This document shows, piece after piece, positions 25,087 through 38,439 of a stretch of DNA of 64,000 nt. A model generated the notes under the pieces. It was given only the letters and a program-made list of their open reading frames with translations, searched no databases and had not been told where the DNA came from. The stretch is from positions 61,104,806 through 61,168,805 of the forward strand of contig JASCQW010000081.1 of NCBI GenBank assembly GCA_030264375.1, written 5' to 3'. This DNA is from Carcharhinus longimanus. Lineage: Eukaryota. The first letter of the stretch is position 1; each line of letters begins with the position of its first letter. Made by a program: the position numbers and the translations under genes.

Positions 25087-25598
25087 AGGCACTGCATGTG
25101 GTCGCACTGCTTCCTCACAGCACCCGGAACCTGGGTTCAATTCCGATCTTGAGTGACTGTGTGGAGNNNNNNNNNNNNNNNNNNNNNNNNNNNNNNNNNN
25201 NNNNNNNNNNNNNNNNNNNNNNNNNNNNNNNNNNNNNNNNNNNNNNNNNNNNNNNNNNNNNNNNNNTCGCACTGCTTCCTCACAGCACCCGCAACCTGGG
25301 TTCAATTCCGATCTTGAGTGACTGTGTGGAGTTTGTGTGAGTCTGTGTGGACCCACATCTAGGTCGATTTCCTCTGGGTGCCCTACTTTCCTCCCACAAG
25401 ATGGCGGGTTAGGTTGATTGGCAGTGTTAAATTGCCCCTTGGTGTCCCAAGATGTGTCAGTTAGGGGGATTAGTGGGGTAAATATGTCAGGTTATAGTGG
25501 TAGGGTCTGGGTAAGATGCTGAATCAGAGAGAGTTGGTGCAGATTCAATATGGGTTAAATGGCCTGCCTCACACTGTCAGGATTCAATGACTCAATGA
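25087..25598 (+). mobile_element. HE1-like SINE (HER1-type tail) spanning an assembly gap
   Basis: gcactgcttcctcacagc...gggttcaattcc head, core, tail ggtgcagattc...aaatggcct...ggattcaatga. Confidence 0.78.
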
Positions 25599-27525
25599 TA
25601 ATAAGGGTCATCTCTCCCAGCATGGGATTCACACATTGCTGTGTCTAATTCCAGCGAGATGTGAAGCCACATCTACAAAGTGCTTGGTTAGTCCACTGGA
25701 ACTCCCGAAAAGCTTTAGAAACTTCAGGACGAGCTTTTTTTAACGTGATCAGAAGCAGACTTTGCTACCCTCGTATTGGCCATGCCCTCATATGAAGTAA
25801 TTGACGGGGCTGGTACTGATTGGGACAGAATAGGATGCGATGAATGCAGTCAAAATTGTAAGCGCATCAGTTTAGTTGGTATCTGAAGGAGAGTGATAGG
25901 TTAAGGCGCCAAATATCGTAGCACTCAAGTTAGTATTTAGAACAAAGGAAAGTGGCTGCTGTCCCTGTTAAAGTCTGTATTGTCTTCCAGCAAATCCCAT
26001 CCTTTCAAGTCCTGTCCCCACATGATCAGCTTGGCTGCCTCTTGGTGATGTGTCTCGTGAGCAAAATAATTAGAAGGTTTTGATTCTACATTCCCATTTA
26101 CTGTTGTCATTGTGAGACATCCTGAAAGCTATAGGGTCCAGGTCTTGTGATATTGCTGTAATTTTTGTTTTAACCTGAAAATTCTCAGCAGAAGGTGCAA
26201 CCCGCTGCGTATTCTCTATGAATCCACACAATTTAGTGTTCTGTTACATATTAGAAGGTGGTGGTGTTTCCATTGCAATACTTCATCCATTGCTGCAGCT
26301 ATTAGTATTCTCTCCCCTCATGTATGCTAGTTTTGCATTCAGCCACGCAGTTGGGGAACAACTGAGATCCCGCATCAGGGCAGATACAAATCTCTTGTTA
26401 AAATTATGCTTATTATCAATTTTTATTACATTGCTTTAGGATTCTGAATTAATATTTCCTGTTTTTCTATTGATATTTTTCAGATAGCTGAACTCCTAAT
26501 TAAAAAACAAATCCAATTAATATCATCCACATCACCTTTTTCTTCCAACTTAAGTACTTGCTATAAAATTCAGAATTGGCTTATTTTGTGAAAATATGTT
26601 TTATCTTTTACTCAGCTAATTTTATGCCAATTTTGACCGACGCTAGATTTTGAAGGGAAAGATAGAAGGGAAGATATAGCAAATCAAACAAGTGTTGAGC
26701 ATTCTTCATATTGATCTTCGGTTGCCTGTAGTTTGCCTGCAACAGACTGTAGCAAGGTGAAAGTAAAATTACTGGAGTGTGTTGGAGCAATAATCAGGAG
26801 GACCTGTTTTGCATTGGACTAGAGTCCAGCTGTGGTCACTAAAATCACTGTGCCATCAGCAGCTCAATAAAGAAACCTTTTCAGAATAGCTCCTGCTGAC
26901 ATAATGTTATAGCATAACTTTATCACACGCGTAACCACTCTGATTTAACTCACTTAATTGCCAGAGACGTTTTGTGAGTCTTGACATTATTTGTTGATGA
27001 CAGCATGGCTCTGTGTTTTCTGCATCTTGCTGTGAGTTCAGGGCTCCACCAGCATGTGTATAGTGCAAATTCATGCAAGTGTCATGCTTAGATCCCAGTC
27101 TGCAGGATCAAAGGATCTTTACTGAAGTAATGAGAATAATGTTCAGATTATTTACTTTCTATAGAATAGAAATCCATCCCTTCATCCATTTTTAATTGAC
27201 AGAAGCAAAACTCGACCATTGTCTTGCAGCATATCTCAAAATTTGAACATCTCTGATTTGTTTTACCTGATTAACTTCTAGGTAAACAACAAAGGAATTC
27301 TGTGAAGTGTCTTGGGCATGGGAGTTATAATTGGGTTTGCAATTTAAATTACAAGGACCACTTGCATAGAGAAAATTATGGGCTGATCTTTTTGAGGCAT
27401 CTTAAAATGATTAAAGGATTTGACAGCATAGACAGAGCAACATATGTTCACTGGTGGGCAAATTCAGAACAGAAGAGGAACAGGGAGTGATGGGGATGAC
27501 CTTAAGATTAGGCCAATCAGTCAGT

Positions 27526-27826
27526 TTTTATTTATTTTGTTAGTCGCAAATAGGCTTACATTAACACTGCAATGAAGCTACTGTGAAAATCCCCTAGTCG
27601 CCACACTCCAGCGCCTGTTTGGGTACACCTGAGGGAGAGTTTAGCATGGCCGATGCACCTAACCAGCATGTCTTTTGGACTGTGGCAGGAAACCAGAGCA
27701 CCCGGTGCAAACCCATGCTGATGCAGAGAGAACATGCAGACTCTGCACAGATAGTGACCCAAGCTGTGAATCGAACCCAACTCCCTGGTGCTATGAGGCA
27801 GTGGTGCTGGCAGGAAGCGTGCCACC
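27526..27826 (-). mobile_element. HE1/V-SINE-like SINE, alternative-tail subtype, inserted in a CR1 3' fragment (about 27310-28050)
   Basis: Reverse complement of the 16281 element: cattaacactgcaatgaagctactgtgaaaatcccctagtcgccacactcc. Confidence 0.8.
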
Positions 27827-28834
27827 TGAAAGGTTATGGAAATCTTGACAATTTTTCATCAAAAAGGTGTTCTGGTGATATTAATTGGAAATTTCCAAAC
27901 TGTGGTTGATCATTTTTTTCCTTAAGCTTCAGACCAAGGGTATTTAGGGTCCTAGAAACAAGGTGAGTAAATGGAGTTATGGTCTTGATCAGTCATGATC
28001 TAATAGAATAGTGGAACAGGGGCTCGCGGACTTACTCCTGTTCCAGTGTTTCTGATGAGCCAGTGAAACAAAATGACAACATTTCAAAATATTAATGGCA
28101 AAAGTCAATATTGGAAATACATTTCTATTTTCTAAAATTATGAATAAATATTCCATTTTAATTTGTGTTTTTTAAGATTTTGAATGGATTTTCATATTTT
28201 GCCATCTGAAGTTTACGGTTCTTAAAGGGTTAACAGCAGACTGGGGGGAAAAAAAACCTCCCAAGAACTGTTATGCAAATTCTGAAGTCTACTCCCACTC
28301 ATAGAAGACTGTCAAAATCTTTTTATCTGACAGCATTACTTAAGTTGCTTTGAAATTTAATGAAATGTCAGAATTTTGCAGTATTGGTATTCAGAAGCAA
28401 TACTGAGAGGTGAAAAGTTGATAATGTGTGAATGGTTTCATTGTACCAGTCTTAAAACTTCAAAGCTACATAACTCTTTGGCTTGACTTTCTCTCTACCA
28501 CTTTATATAACATGAACAGCCAAAGGTTTATATATAGTGGTAGGACTAGTTAAATGTTTGAATATATTGCGACATCAATAGCTAGACAGGATAAGATGTG
28601 ACTTGGGATTTCTGGTTTATCCGTAATTTTTTAAAGACCGCTGAATGGTGAAACATCCCTGAAGATGGTAACGCTTTTGTTTAGAAACAAATAACTTTTT
28701 AAAGCATAAATTCAAACTTTCAGTTAACAGCTGAAAGGATTACATAATGCGATGCCATGCTTTAAGTAATTTACTGAAGTAAACAGATTAAAAGCACAAT
28801 TGACTAAACACTGTTTTTCAAGGCAATTTGTTAT

Positions 28835-29170
28835 TGCTTTTTATTCAGTAACGTGATGTGGGCATCACTGACTTGGCCAGGATTTATTGTCCATCTCTAG
28901 TTGCTCTTGAGAAAGTGGTGGTGAGTTGTCTTCTTGAACTGCTGCAGTCCCAGAGGAAGCAAGGTCTCTGAAGCAGCTGAAGATGGTCGCAAGACACTAG
29001 ATTGAAGAACTCCTGTAGTGATGTCCTGGAGCTGAGACGATTGACCTCCAATCACCACAACCATTTTCCATTGTGTCAATTATGACTCCAACCAGTGGAG
29101 GGTTTCCCCACTGACTCCAGATTTGCTAGGGCTCCTTGATGCCATACTCGGTCAAATGCTGCTTTGATGC
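28835..29170 (-). mobile_element. Internally deleted CR1-like LINE fragment
   Basis: LINE 3' tail joined directly to the RT segment cagctgaagatgg...gccatactcggtcaaatgc; these lie about 1 kb apart in the 57785 copy (including the nested SINE). Confidence 0.65.
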
Positions 29171-29490
29171 CATAGAACTATAAAACCCCACAGTGAAGAA
29201 GGGGGCCTTTTGACCCCATTGAGCCTGCGCCAACAACAATCCCACCCAGACCCTATTCCCATAACCCCACCTATTTACTCTGCTAATCCCCCTAACAGTT
29301 TAGCACGGCCAATCAACCTAACCTGCACATCTTTGGACTGTGGGAGGACACCAGGGCACTTGGATGAAATTCACACAGACAAGGGGAGAATGTGCATACT
29401 CCATACAGACAGTGACCCAAGGCCAGAATTGAACCTGGGTCACTGGTGCTGTAAGGCAGCAGTGCTAACCATTGTGCCACTCCATCATGC
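29171..29490 (-). mobile_element. HE1-like SINE
   Basis: caacctaacctgcacatctttggactgtgggagg...gaattgaacctggg...ggcagcagtgctaacc. Confidence 0.82.
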
Positions 29491-29835
29491 AGAAAATGCT
29501 TAAATTCCATTTGTATAAATATAGGGCAGGATTGTTTCAGGTTAGGACTCTCTGTGGGGAGAAATGGTGCCTAGAGGTGATTTCTTACTGAATTGGCCAA
29601 TAGTAGTCAGAGAGATCACTCAATATCCGAGGAAGAATATCCTACGGACTCTTAAAGCTGGAGGGCGAAATGGTGGTTATTCACCTTAGAATGAGCAGCA
29701 GCCTGCTATTTCTGATGAGCAAGAGAGAAGGAGGGCCCCCATCTTGTGATATCCACTGAGCACCTTTAAAAACTTCTGATAAATTTAAACAAACTAAGAA
29801 ATGACTGCTGCAGCTGGCTGCCCTCGTGGAAATAT

Positions 29836-30003
29836 TATAGAATCGCTACAGTGCAGAAAGAGGTCATTCGGTCCATTTGTCTGCACCGACTGCCATACCA
29901 CCCAGGCCCTGTCACCATAACCCCATATATTTGCCCTGCTAATCACCCTGACATTAAGAGACAATTTATGGTGGCCAGTCAATCTGACCCACACATCTTT
30001 GGG
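29836..30003 (-). mobile_element. HE1-like SINE 3' half
   Basis: tagaatcgctacagtgcagaaagaggtcattcgg...cacatctttgg. Confidence 0.7.
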
Positions 30004-31374
30004 GATGTAGAGTCCATTGACAGGATTGTGGATTCTTCTAACAAAATTGACCTCAGTCGGCCATTTACTTACTCCAGTTGGCGACCTGCTGCTTGGAGGC
30101 AGGTTGCCCTTCTAACCCTCAAAATGCCCCAGGGGGTCAGAAATGATTCAGTAAACCAACATGCCATCAGCATGAAATGTCATGCCTGTTCTCCTCTATA
30201 CATGTGTGGAGGCAAAAATTCTAGTCCTAAAGTAAGATAATTTTTTACAGGCTGTTAAAATATTTGGACGGGCCTGTATTTGACATGTGCCTACATCAAG
30301 AATTGTTGTAATTTACTGTTCATAAATGAATAGCTATATCAGTTGACCCATATGGGGAATGAAAGCAGTTTTGGCCGACAGTTGTCTAATCCTGCTTTTA
30401 CTTTATCATATTTTTTTGTTGCCCATCATCAGGGTGTCATTGACATTTTGTCAACATCAAGTAATCCCAGTTTCAGATTGCACGATCTGTTCCTATTATA
30501 AAATGTCATGGAATTTGGGTTAATATTGTGTTAATTTGTGTTGTAACAAAGAACCTCAGTGCCTACCTGTAAGGCCTGGATTTTCATCCTTGAGTCTGGT
30601 CGTGGGTGCCTATAAAGTTCCTAACTTTGCCTCTGGAGAAGTGGTTCCAGAGGCGTGATCTTCGTTGAGGGCACATCTGGGCTGCAGTCAGGCTTGCTGA
30701 TCCGGGAAAGAGGCTGGAAGCAGCCATGAGCTGCCAGGGGACAAGGTGGGTGTTTGAAAGGCTGGCTGAGGTGCTGTGGGACTGGGTAGAAATGATCATG
30801 TAAAATGTTAAGGTCCTCTACACCTCGTCCCTCATCCCTCCACCCATGTTACATGACCCCTCATGACCATGCCATGCCAAGCTATGGTCCTACCCAGTGG
30901 AGCCGGACAGACTGAGGTGCAGACTTGCTACCAGAATNNNNNNNNNNNNNNNNNNNNNNNNNNNNNNNNNNNNNNNNNNNNNNNNNNNNNNNNNNNNNNN
31001 NNNNNNNNNNNNNNNNNNNNNNNNNNNNNNNNNNNNNAATTGGAAACATGAGGAGCATGGCTGCGGAACCCTGGAATTGCAACCTGCTCGTTTTTAAAGA
31101 GCTCCCGAGTTATCCTGACTCAGCAGAACTGCAAGCCTAAATATCATTTGTTATTTCCACACCTCATGTTAATAATATTAATAGATTTTGGTGTTCTGAC
31201 TTAGGAATTGTGCACCCATAAGGCAGCAGCAGTAATCTTCATCATCACAACACTAAAACATGATAAACCCAACAGATAGCCAATATGATTGCATTTAGAA
31301 CTCAGACTTCTAGATTTTAAGGGCCAGGTTTCCAGGCAATGCAATTTGGATACCTTTCTACTGCATCTGTATGA

Positions 31375-31572
31375 ATATGTGCAGGTTAGGAGGATTGACC
31401 ATGCTAAATTGCCCCTTCGTGTCTGAAGATGTGTAGGTTAGAAGGATTAACCATGGAAAACATTCATGGTTGCAGGGATAGGGCAGAGAAGAGAGCCTGG
31501 ACAAGATCCTCTTGTCAGAGTTGGTGCAGACTTGATGGGCCGAATTGCCTCTTCCACACTAGGATTCTATGA
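31375..31572 (+). mobile_element. HE1-like SINE 3' half
   Basis: gtgcaggttaggaggattgaccatgctaaattgcccc...gatgggccgaattgcctc...ggattctatga. Confidence 0.72.
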
Positions 31573-32689
31573 ATATGTTCACTCCCCATTCCAAGTGAAC
31601 TTTGAATGAGATTGCCAGGATTGTGCTAGAAGACAGTATTTCCTAGGAGTGGCATTGGGATTATCAAAATGTAATAATGGGCAAAGTGTAACAGCTGCAA
31701 GATCGATGCCACAGTCATTTTGTAAAAATGAATCAAAGTTTACCAAGGGGGAAAGAATATTGAACTTAACATTGCCTCGGTTTCCATGATTGATTGAGGA
31801 GTGCATTACAGCAGGAAGATTTACTTTCCTTCTCAAATCTGACAGAAATTTTAAAGCTCGTATTGACATTCTAGAAACAGTGGGTACCTGGATTTGTCAA
31901 TCAGGCACGCTTTGTCAGTAATAGGCTTGCAGCTCAGCACTGCTCACAGCAGCATATCTTCCACAACACTGTATTGGATGTCACACTCTCTTGGAGCACT
32001 GGACTGTGATCATCCAGAAAGAACCATGCTCTACACATTTCCATAGATGATTCTGACTTTTTGCTCTGGAAACATTGATATCTCTGAAAGCCGAGGGAGC
32101 TGAGCATGTTGCCATTGATTTTTTTTTGCAGAGGCTCTTTGGTGGAGCTGTTGAAACTGATACAGTTACTTAGTCATGTGTCTTTATCAGCAAGGTGAGG
32201 AGTCTTGTAAGAAATTTTATTTTTATGGGGGCTTTAAATTGCATTGCAGTGCAGCACTCCACATGAAGCTGTTATATTGTTATCTTGTTTAAAGTAAAAA
32301 GAATTTAAGCTGTTTGAGACAATCTCTCGACGGCAAATCAGCATCTTCTGCACCTATATGGTATGGATTCTTTCCTATTAGAAGTTGCTTGTCTTCTGCT
32401 CGGTAACAAAGATGGTCCAATGAAAACTTTATTTTTGCCTTTGACAGCTGGCCTTCCCCACTGCATCAAGCATTGATCTTAACCTGAGATAAAGCACTGT
32501 TATAAATTCTATCATGATATGGCCATTTCTTAAGGAAGATTATTCTTAAAATCCAACACTGCTTCTAAAAAGAAACCGTTTTCTAGTCCATTTTAGCTGT
32601 GCAATAGCAATTGCATTTATTTTAAATGATTGAACACTAAAATTGAGCACACAAGCCTGTGTAACTTCAGCCGAGATCAAGTATCCTAA

Positions 32690-33045
32690 TTGCCTCGTGG
32701 TATTATCGCTATACCATTAATCCAGAAATTCAGCTAATATTCTGGGGACCTGGGTTTGAATCCTGCCACAGCAGCTGGTGGAATTTGAATTCAATAATAA
32801 AAAAAATCTGGAATTAAGAATCCACTGGTATCCGTGAAACCATTGTGGATTGTTGGAAAAACCCATCTGGTTCACTTATGTCCTTTATAGAACGATATCT
32901 GTCATCCTTGCTTGGTCTGGTCTACATGTGACTTGAGAGCCTAAGCGATGTGGTTGATTCTAAAATGCCCTCAGGCAACAAGGGATGGGTAATAAATGCT
33001 GTCCGGTCAGCAACGCCCATGTCCCACGAGTGAATAAAATAAAAC
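32690..33045 (+). mobile_element. SINE family 2, second copy
   Basis: Colinear with the 17695 copy across head, core and tail. Confidence 0.75.
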
Positions 33046-33154
33046 AATCAAAGTTCAGTGGAACTATGAATAAAAAAACTAACATTGAAATGTTCAGCAA
33101 TTTAGTGAATTAGAATTCAATGGTACATCAGATTATGTCCTTTTCTCCATTTTA

Positions 33155-34100
33155 TAAGACATAGGCCACTCAGCCCATCAAATCTGCTCCGCCATTCAAT
33201 CATGGCTGATACTTTTTTCATCCCCATTCTCCTGCCTTTTCCTCATAACCCCTGATCCCNNNNNNNNNNNNNNNNNNNNNNNNNNNNNNNNNNNNNNNNN
33301 NNNNNNNNNNNNNNNNNNNNNNNNNNNNNNNNNNNNNNNNNNNNNNNNNNNNNNNNNNNNNNNNNNNNNNNNNNNNNNNNNNNNNNNNNNNNNNNNNNNN
33401 NNNNNNNNNNNNNNNNNNNNNNNNNNNNNNNNNNNNNNNNNNNNNNNNNNNNNNNNNNNNNNNNNNNNNNNNNNNNNNNNNNNNNNNNNNNNNNNNNNNN
33501 NNNNNNNNNNNNNNNNNNNNNNNNNNNNNNNNNNNNNNNNNNNNNNNNNNNNNNNNNNNNNNNNNNNNNNNNNNNNNNNNNNNNNNNNNNNNNNNNNNNN
33601 NNNNNNNNNNNNNNNNNNNNNNNNNNNNNNNNNNNNNNNNNNNNNNNNNNNNNNNNNNNNNNNNNNNNNNNNNNNNNNNNNNNNNNNNNNNNNNNNNNNN
33701 NNNNNNNNNNNNNNNNNNNNNNNNNNNNNNNNNNNNNNNNNNNNNNNNNNNNNNNNNNNNNNNNNNTTTTCTAATTCCTTTTATCTACCCTTCCAGTCAC
33801 CTCATCAAAAAAACTGTAATAATTTGCCAGACAGGATTTCCCCTTCGTAAAACCATGTTAAATTGTTCGAATCACATCTTGCTCTTCTAAATGCATTGTT
33901 AACCTTAATAATAGATCCTAGAATTTTCCCAACAACGTAATATTAGTCTAACAGGCCAATGGTTGATTATTTTCTCTGTCCTTCCTCTCATGAAGAGCGG
34001 TATAGCATTTACCAGCTTCCAGTCTAATGGGACTGTTCCGGAATCGAAGGAAGTTTTGGAAATCATAGTGAGCGCATCTACTGTCTTTGCAGCTATCTCT
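33155..34100 (-). mobile_element. HER1/CR1 LINE spanning an assembly gap
   Basis: Tail ataggccactcagcccatcaaatctgctccgccattcaatcatggctg; RT-region remnants after the gap. Confidence 0.7.
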
Positions 34101-34103
34101 TTA

Positions 34104-34571
34104 CTGTAGGTCCCAACTATGCCATGAAGACCTTCTCAAGTGTGCCACGAAGAAGGATTCAAAATGGTTCAAAATTCATGTAAATAAACTAAAACTAACC
34201 TTCCTCTTCAGCTCTGTGGTTGGCATTTCCAAGACCCAATGAATCTTGAGTGTCCAGTTCTCGTGCCGGCTTGGACAAGCTGCGTATGTTCAGTTTAGAT
34301 TTTTTTATGTTGGTCAGGCCCGTGCACATGACCAATGGGATTTGGAGTTGAAGGCCCATGCACCAACATAAAAAACAAAAACTCAAAAATGGGTGCAAAA
34401 CCCCTGGGAGAAGTGAGACAGAGAGGTTAAAATTAAAACAGATATGAGGAGAGGGAGGATAAAAACTATATGTTCACATTAAGGGAGGGAGACAGAGGAA
34501 ATAGGAGGAGTGCCTCAATTTTTTTTCTAGTATAGAGGTGTGCATGACATATAAAAGGTTCAGAACCACTG
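34104..34571. mobile_element. hAT/Charlie-like non-autonomous element inserted in a CR1 LINE
   Basis: Right end aaaaggttcagaaccactg resembles a hAT-Charlie TIR; LINE sequence resumes immediately after; left end degenerate. Confidence 0.4.
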
Positions 34572-35162
34572 CCCTCGGGTGTAGGCCATCAAGTCCTGGG
34601 GAAAATAAAAATAGCCACTGAAAATGGGGGTCTGCATAGAGTCCACTCTTTGGGCCTCTTAAGGAAGATCAGAAGGGTCTTGTTGAGTTGCAGAACATTC
34701 TGGGAGACCAGCAAGGTGAACTTCATAATCCAATAGGAGATGATGGTTTACAGGTAACAGTCACAAGAATCAACTGATCAGTTCATTAGCAGGTGCCGTG
34801 ATGAGGCAGGAATCATGATTTTTTTATTGGCAATCGGAGCTGTCTAAATGAATAATAGAACTGGTTAAGGTTTCAACGCAAATCCAAGCTTTCCTGAAAC
34901 AACATTTGGATAAAAACAAATATTGACTTGGTGCTAAAAGATGTTAGAAGATATGAAGCCATTGCGCCTAGCAGTCTCAAGCTTTGGGTGCAACTACCAG
35001 TATTGACATGGTCACAAAGATGCAGAAATCAAGCAAGCTGTGTTGCAAGTGAAAGCTGCTGTCCTGTGTCCCAAGAGCTTTGCAATCGAGCATAAGAGGA
35101 CATTGCACACCAATGCAGGTGTGTTCTGGAGGTGTGGACAGAGAGACACAATCAGATGGAAT

Positions 35163-36852
35163 CTGTTATGATCCTTGGCCAGACCCCAAGTTGTTGCGAT
35201 CCGGTGAGGGACCGATTAAGTTTTGTTGAAGTAGACAGATTTTGAGATTTAAGCCATTTGCTCAGCGCATAAATCCACGAGATACCACAGGTGTTGAACA
35301 AACATAAATAAACTTTATTATACAAGGTAAAGATGAAACAATTTGCAATGTCTATCTTATGCTCTAACATTAGTATTCATGTCAAGAGGGCTAGAATACA
35401 AGAGCAGGGATGTTCTTCTGAGCTGTCAAAGACTCTGGTCAGACCCCATTTGGAGTATTGTGTTTTGGACCAATATTGTATATTGGAGTTTTGGACCCCA
35501 TATTTAAGGAAGGATGCGCTGGCCTTGGAAAGGGTCCAAAGGAGGTTCACAAGAATGATCCCTGGAATGAAGAGCTTGTCGTATGAGGAATGGTTGCGGA
35601 CTCTGGGTCTGTACTTGTTGGGAGTTCAGAAGGATGAGGGGGGATCTTACTGAAATTTACAGATTACTGCAAGGCCTGGATAGAGTGGACGTGGAGAGGA
35701 TGTTTCCACTAGTCGGAAAAACTAGAACTAGATGGCACAACCTCAGGCTAAAGGGATCATCTTTTAAAACAGAGATGAGGAATTTCTTCAGCCAGAGGGT
35801 GGTGAATCTGTGGAATTCTTTGCCGCAGAAGGCTGTGGAGGCCAGGTCATTAAGTGTCTTTAAGACAGAGATAGGTTCTTGATTGATAAGGGGATCAGGA
35901 AATATGAGGAAAAGGCAGACGAATGGGGATGAGAAAAAAAAATCAGGCATGACTGAATGTTGGAGCAGACTTGATGGGCCAAGTGGCCTAATTTAGCTCT
36001 GATGTCTTATGGTTTTATGGTTTTATTCAGGGTAAGTATGTGATTCATGTGAATTAACAGGCAAACTGTGATCAGACACAACACTCCACACAATTAAAGA
36101 CAAGTGGGACTAAAACTGAGTACGTGGACTTCCCAATAATCCATCCAGTTGTTAGCAATACTGAGAGTCAACCAATCTCCATGAAATCCTGTCTCTCACA
36201 AGGGTTTCCAAGGCTTATCTTTAAAAATCTCACCTTAGCATTCTCTCCAAATGTCATTCCAACTCAGAAGCTTCAATGACGGCTGACCTCGCAGGGTTTC
36301 AATTTTGCCTTTGAGATCCTGTTCCCCTGGATTCCTAAGTGTACTTGAGCACCAGTTCACAATGAAAACTTCAACTCTCCGGCCAAGCAGAACACAGCTG
36401 CTTCTAAGGGACACCTTTGCCCCTGCAACTTGCAGCACAGAGTGGCCAACTTGCGGCTGGCTTCTGTGATCCGCAAGGCATTTCCTGACCCCACTTCACT
36501 TAAATTTGGCCATGCTAAATTCTTCCTTAGTGTCCCCGAACAGGTGCCGGAGCGTGACGAAGTTTCACAATAACTTCATTGCAGTGTTAATGTAAACCTA
36601 TTAGTGAATAATAAGTAAACCTTACTTTTTTCTGTTCCCTACAGCTTGTTCTCCAATTCAAGCCTGTTTGTCTGCCCTCCTTTTCTTAACTGGGACTGTG
36701 TTCCTGTCCCCGTCACTGCTGCCCAGCTGGGACTATTCTTGGGACTTCTCCCTGCCCCTGTCATTTGTACCTCTCTCTAGGACACTAGCTGGCTGTGGCA
36801 CTCTACACCCAGTCACGTGACCTTGGTCTTTGTTTCCTTTTCTCTCTATACA
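35163..36852. mobile_element. Probable solo-LTR-like element hosting the HER1 insertion and an HE1 tail fragment (about 36503-36620)
   Basis: Begins TGTTATGATCC; non-LINE sequence resumes after the LINE; lies next to Gypsy internal remnants; boundaries approximate. Confidence 0.4.
35380..36025 (+). mobile_element. HER1/CR1 LINE 3' end, fairly young
   Basis: KTLVRPHLEYCV..FWTPYLRKDALALERVQRRFTRMIPG; RNFFSQRVVNLWNSLPQKAV; tail gatgggccaagtggcctaa...(ttatggt)n. Confidence 0.88.
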
Positions 36853-38040
36853 CATTCGTGTAGGGCCTGTCTTCATCCTGAAGAGAGTAAAGATGCTAAA
36901 CTACACACGCAACCTGCTCCCAGCCTGCAGGTGCGCAGCAAATCCACGGTTCATTGGGAACCAAAGCTCCCAACATTTGAGCTTAAAGAGTTTCATTACA
37001 TACCAGCCAAGAAGTATGTACAGCATATTGGCACAACAGGAGGGACTGTGCAAGGATGAACATAAAACACCAACATATACACGAGGTTAGAGGCATGACA
37101 CATCAGGGAGAAGATTCAGAGTTTAGAAATCTTCAACTAGGCTTTCCACATTGTGAATGTGATGCATCCTGTGGATAAAGTCACACAATTAGAGGCCTTC
37201 ACTGTGATCAGCATCACATGCCTGAGGAAAAGTGGCAGACGTGGTCACCACCAGGCACACAAACATCTTAGCAGTCAGAATCCTGGAGGACGTTGTATCT
37301 GAACCCTTGGGAGTCAATGATGAAACTAATGACAGCCAAACCGACTGCATACAGTGGGTCACCTGTTCATTTCCCCAGAACAATGACAGTGAAATGCAGC
37401 TACGCCAACTCTGCACAGAAACCATGACACTTCTACCTTGTGGACACGAGTTGACCTGTATTAGGAGGGCTACTAGCGCATTCAGGATTCAGCATTAGTG
37501 CATTGATGATCATGGTCACAATCATGGCAGAAAAGGCCAGAAACAATCACACTGTCGGTTTGTGACGTACTGCAGCTATTCAGACGGAGTGACTGCTGTA
37601 GGAGTGTTGTTGTATTACATTTCAGAGAAGATGCAATCCTGTAGATCACCTCTCCCAAGGTGATGTGCACGTTTAGAGGAAGCTTAATAGTGATTAAATG
37701 AAATGGAGCATTATCCACTACCACACAACTCCATCACGTGCATGCTGAAAAAAAGTTGGCATATGCTTCAACCCAAGATGTCTCGAACTCAAAGAATACT
37801 CGCACAAGGTCCCATCATTAGAGGAATTGCAACTCCAGTTCATTGGAGCAATTGTTTTTTCCACAACTTGAATGACAAAGAAGGTTGACTCACTTGGCAG
37901 AGGGATCTCGTGATCATTACTTTCACACAGGTTTCACATAACCTGGTGTTGTGAGACTTCTTACTGTCATTATTTTCAGCACAGCTATCGCAAGATGCTG
38001 CCTTTGCTTTATCTCGGTCACTGTCTTTCCCAGCAGCAAA

Positions 38041-38356
38041 TAGAATCATAGAGTCTGCAGTGCGCCCATTTGGCCCATCGAGTCTGCACTGACAACAATC
38101 CCACACAGGTTCCATCCACGTAACCCCACATATTTACCCTTCTAATCCCCTGACACTAAGAGGCAATTTATCATGGCCAATTAACCAAACCCGCACATCT
38201 TTGGACTATGGGAGGAAACTGGAGCACCTGGAGGAAATCCACACAGACACGGGGAGAACATGCAAACTCTATACAAATAGTTACCCAAGGTCAGAATTGA
38301 ACTAGCGTCCCTGGTGCTATGAGGCAGCAGTGCTAGCCACTGTTCCACAGTGCCCC
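38041..38356 (-). mobile_element. HE1-like SINE, full length
   Basis: tagaatcatag tail through to gaggcagcagtgctagccactgttccacagtgcc head. Confidence 0.82.
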
Positions 38357-38439
38357 ATTATTGCTCAGAGTGTTGCTAAGGATGCATGTTTCACTTGTGT
38401 AGCAGGAAGAGCATCAATGCCCATTTAAGTCACTTAAAC

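Noticed and set aside
25101-25330. Apparent tandem duplication of a SINE head (about 65 bp) on both sides of a 100-N gap
   Set aside because: Near-identical sequence abutting both gap edges is typical of unmerged contig overlap or haplotypes; probably an assembly artefact
35333-35882. ORFs with strong RT C-terminal similarity
   Set aside because: 5'-truncated, frameshifted CR1/HER1 LINE, not a host gene
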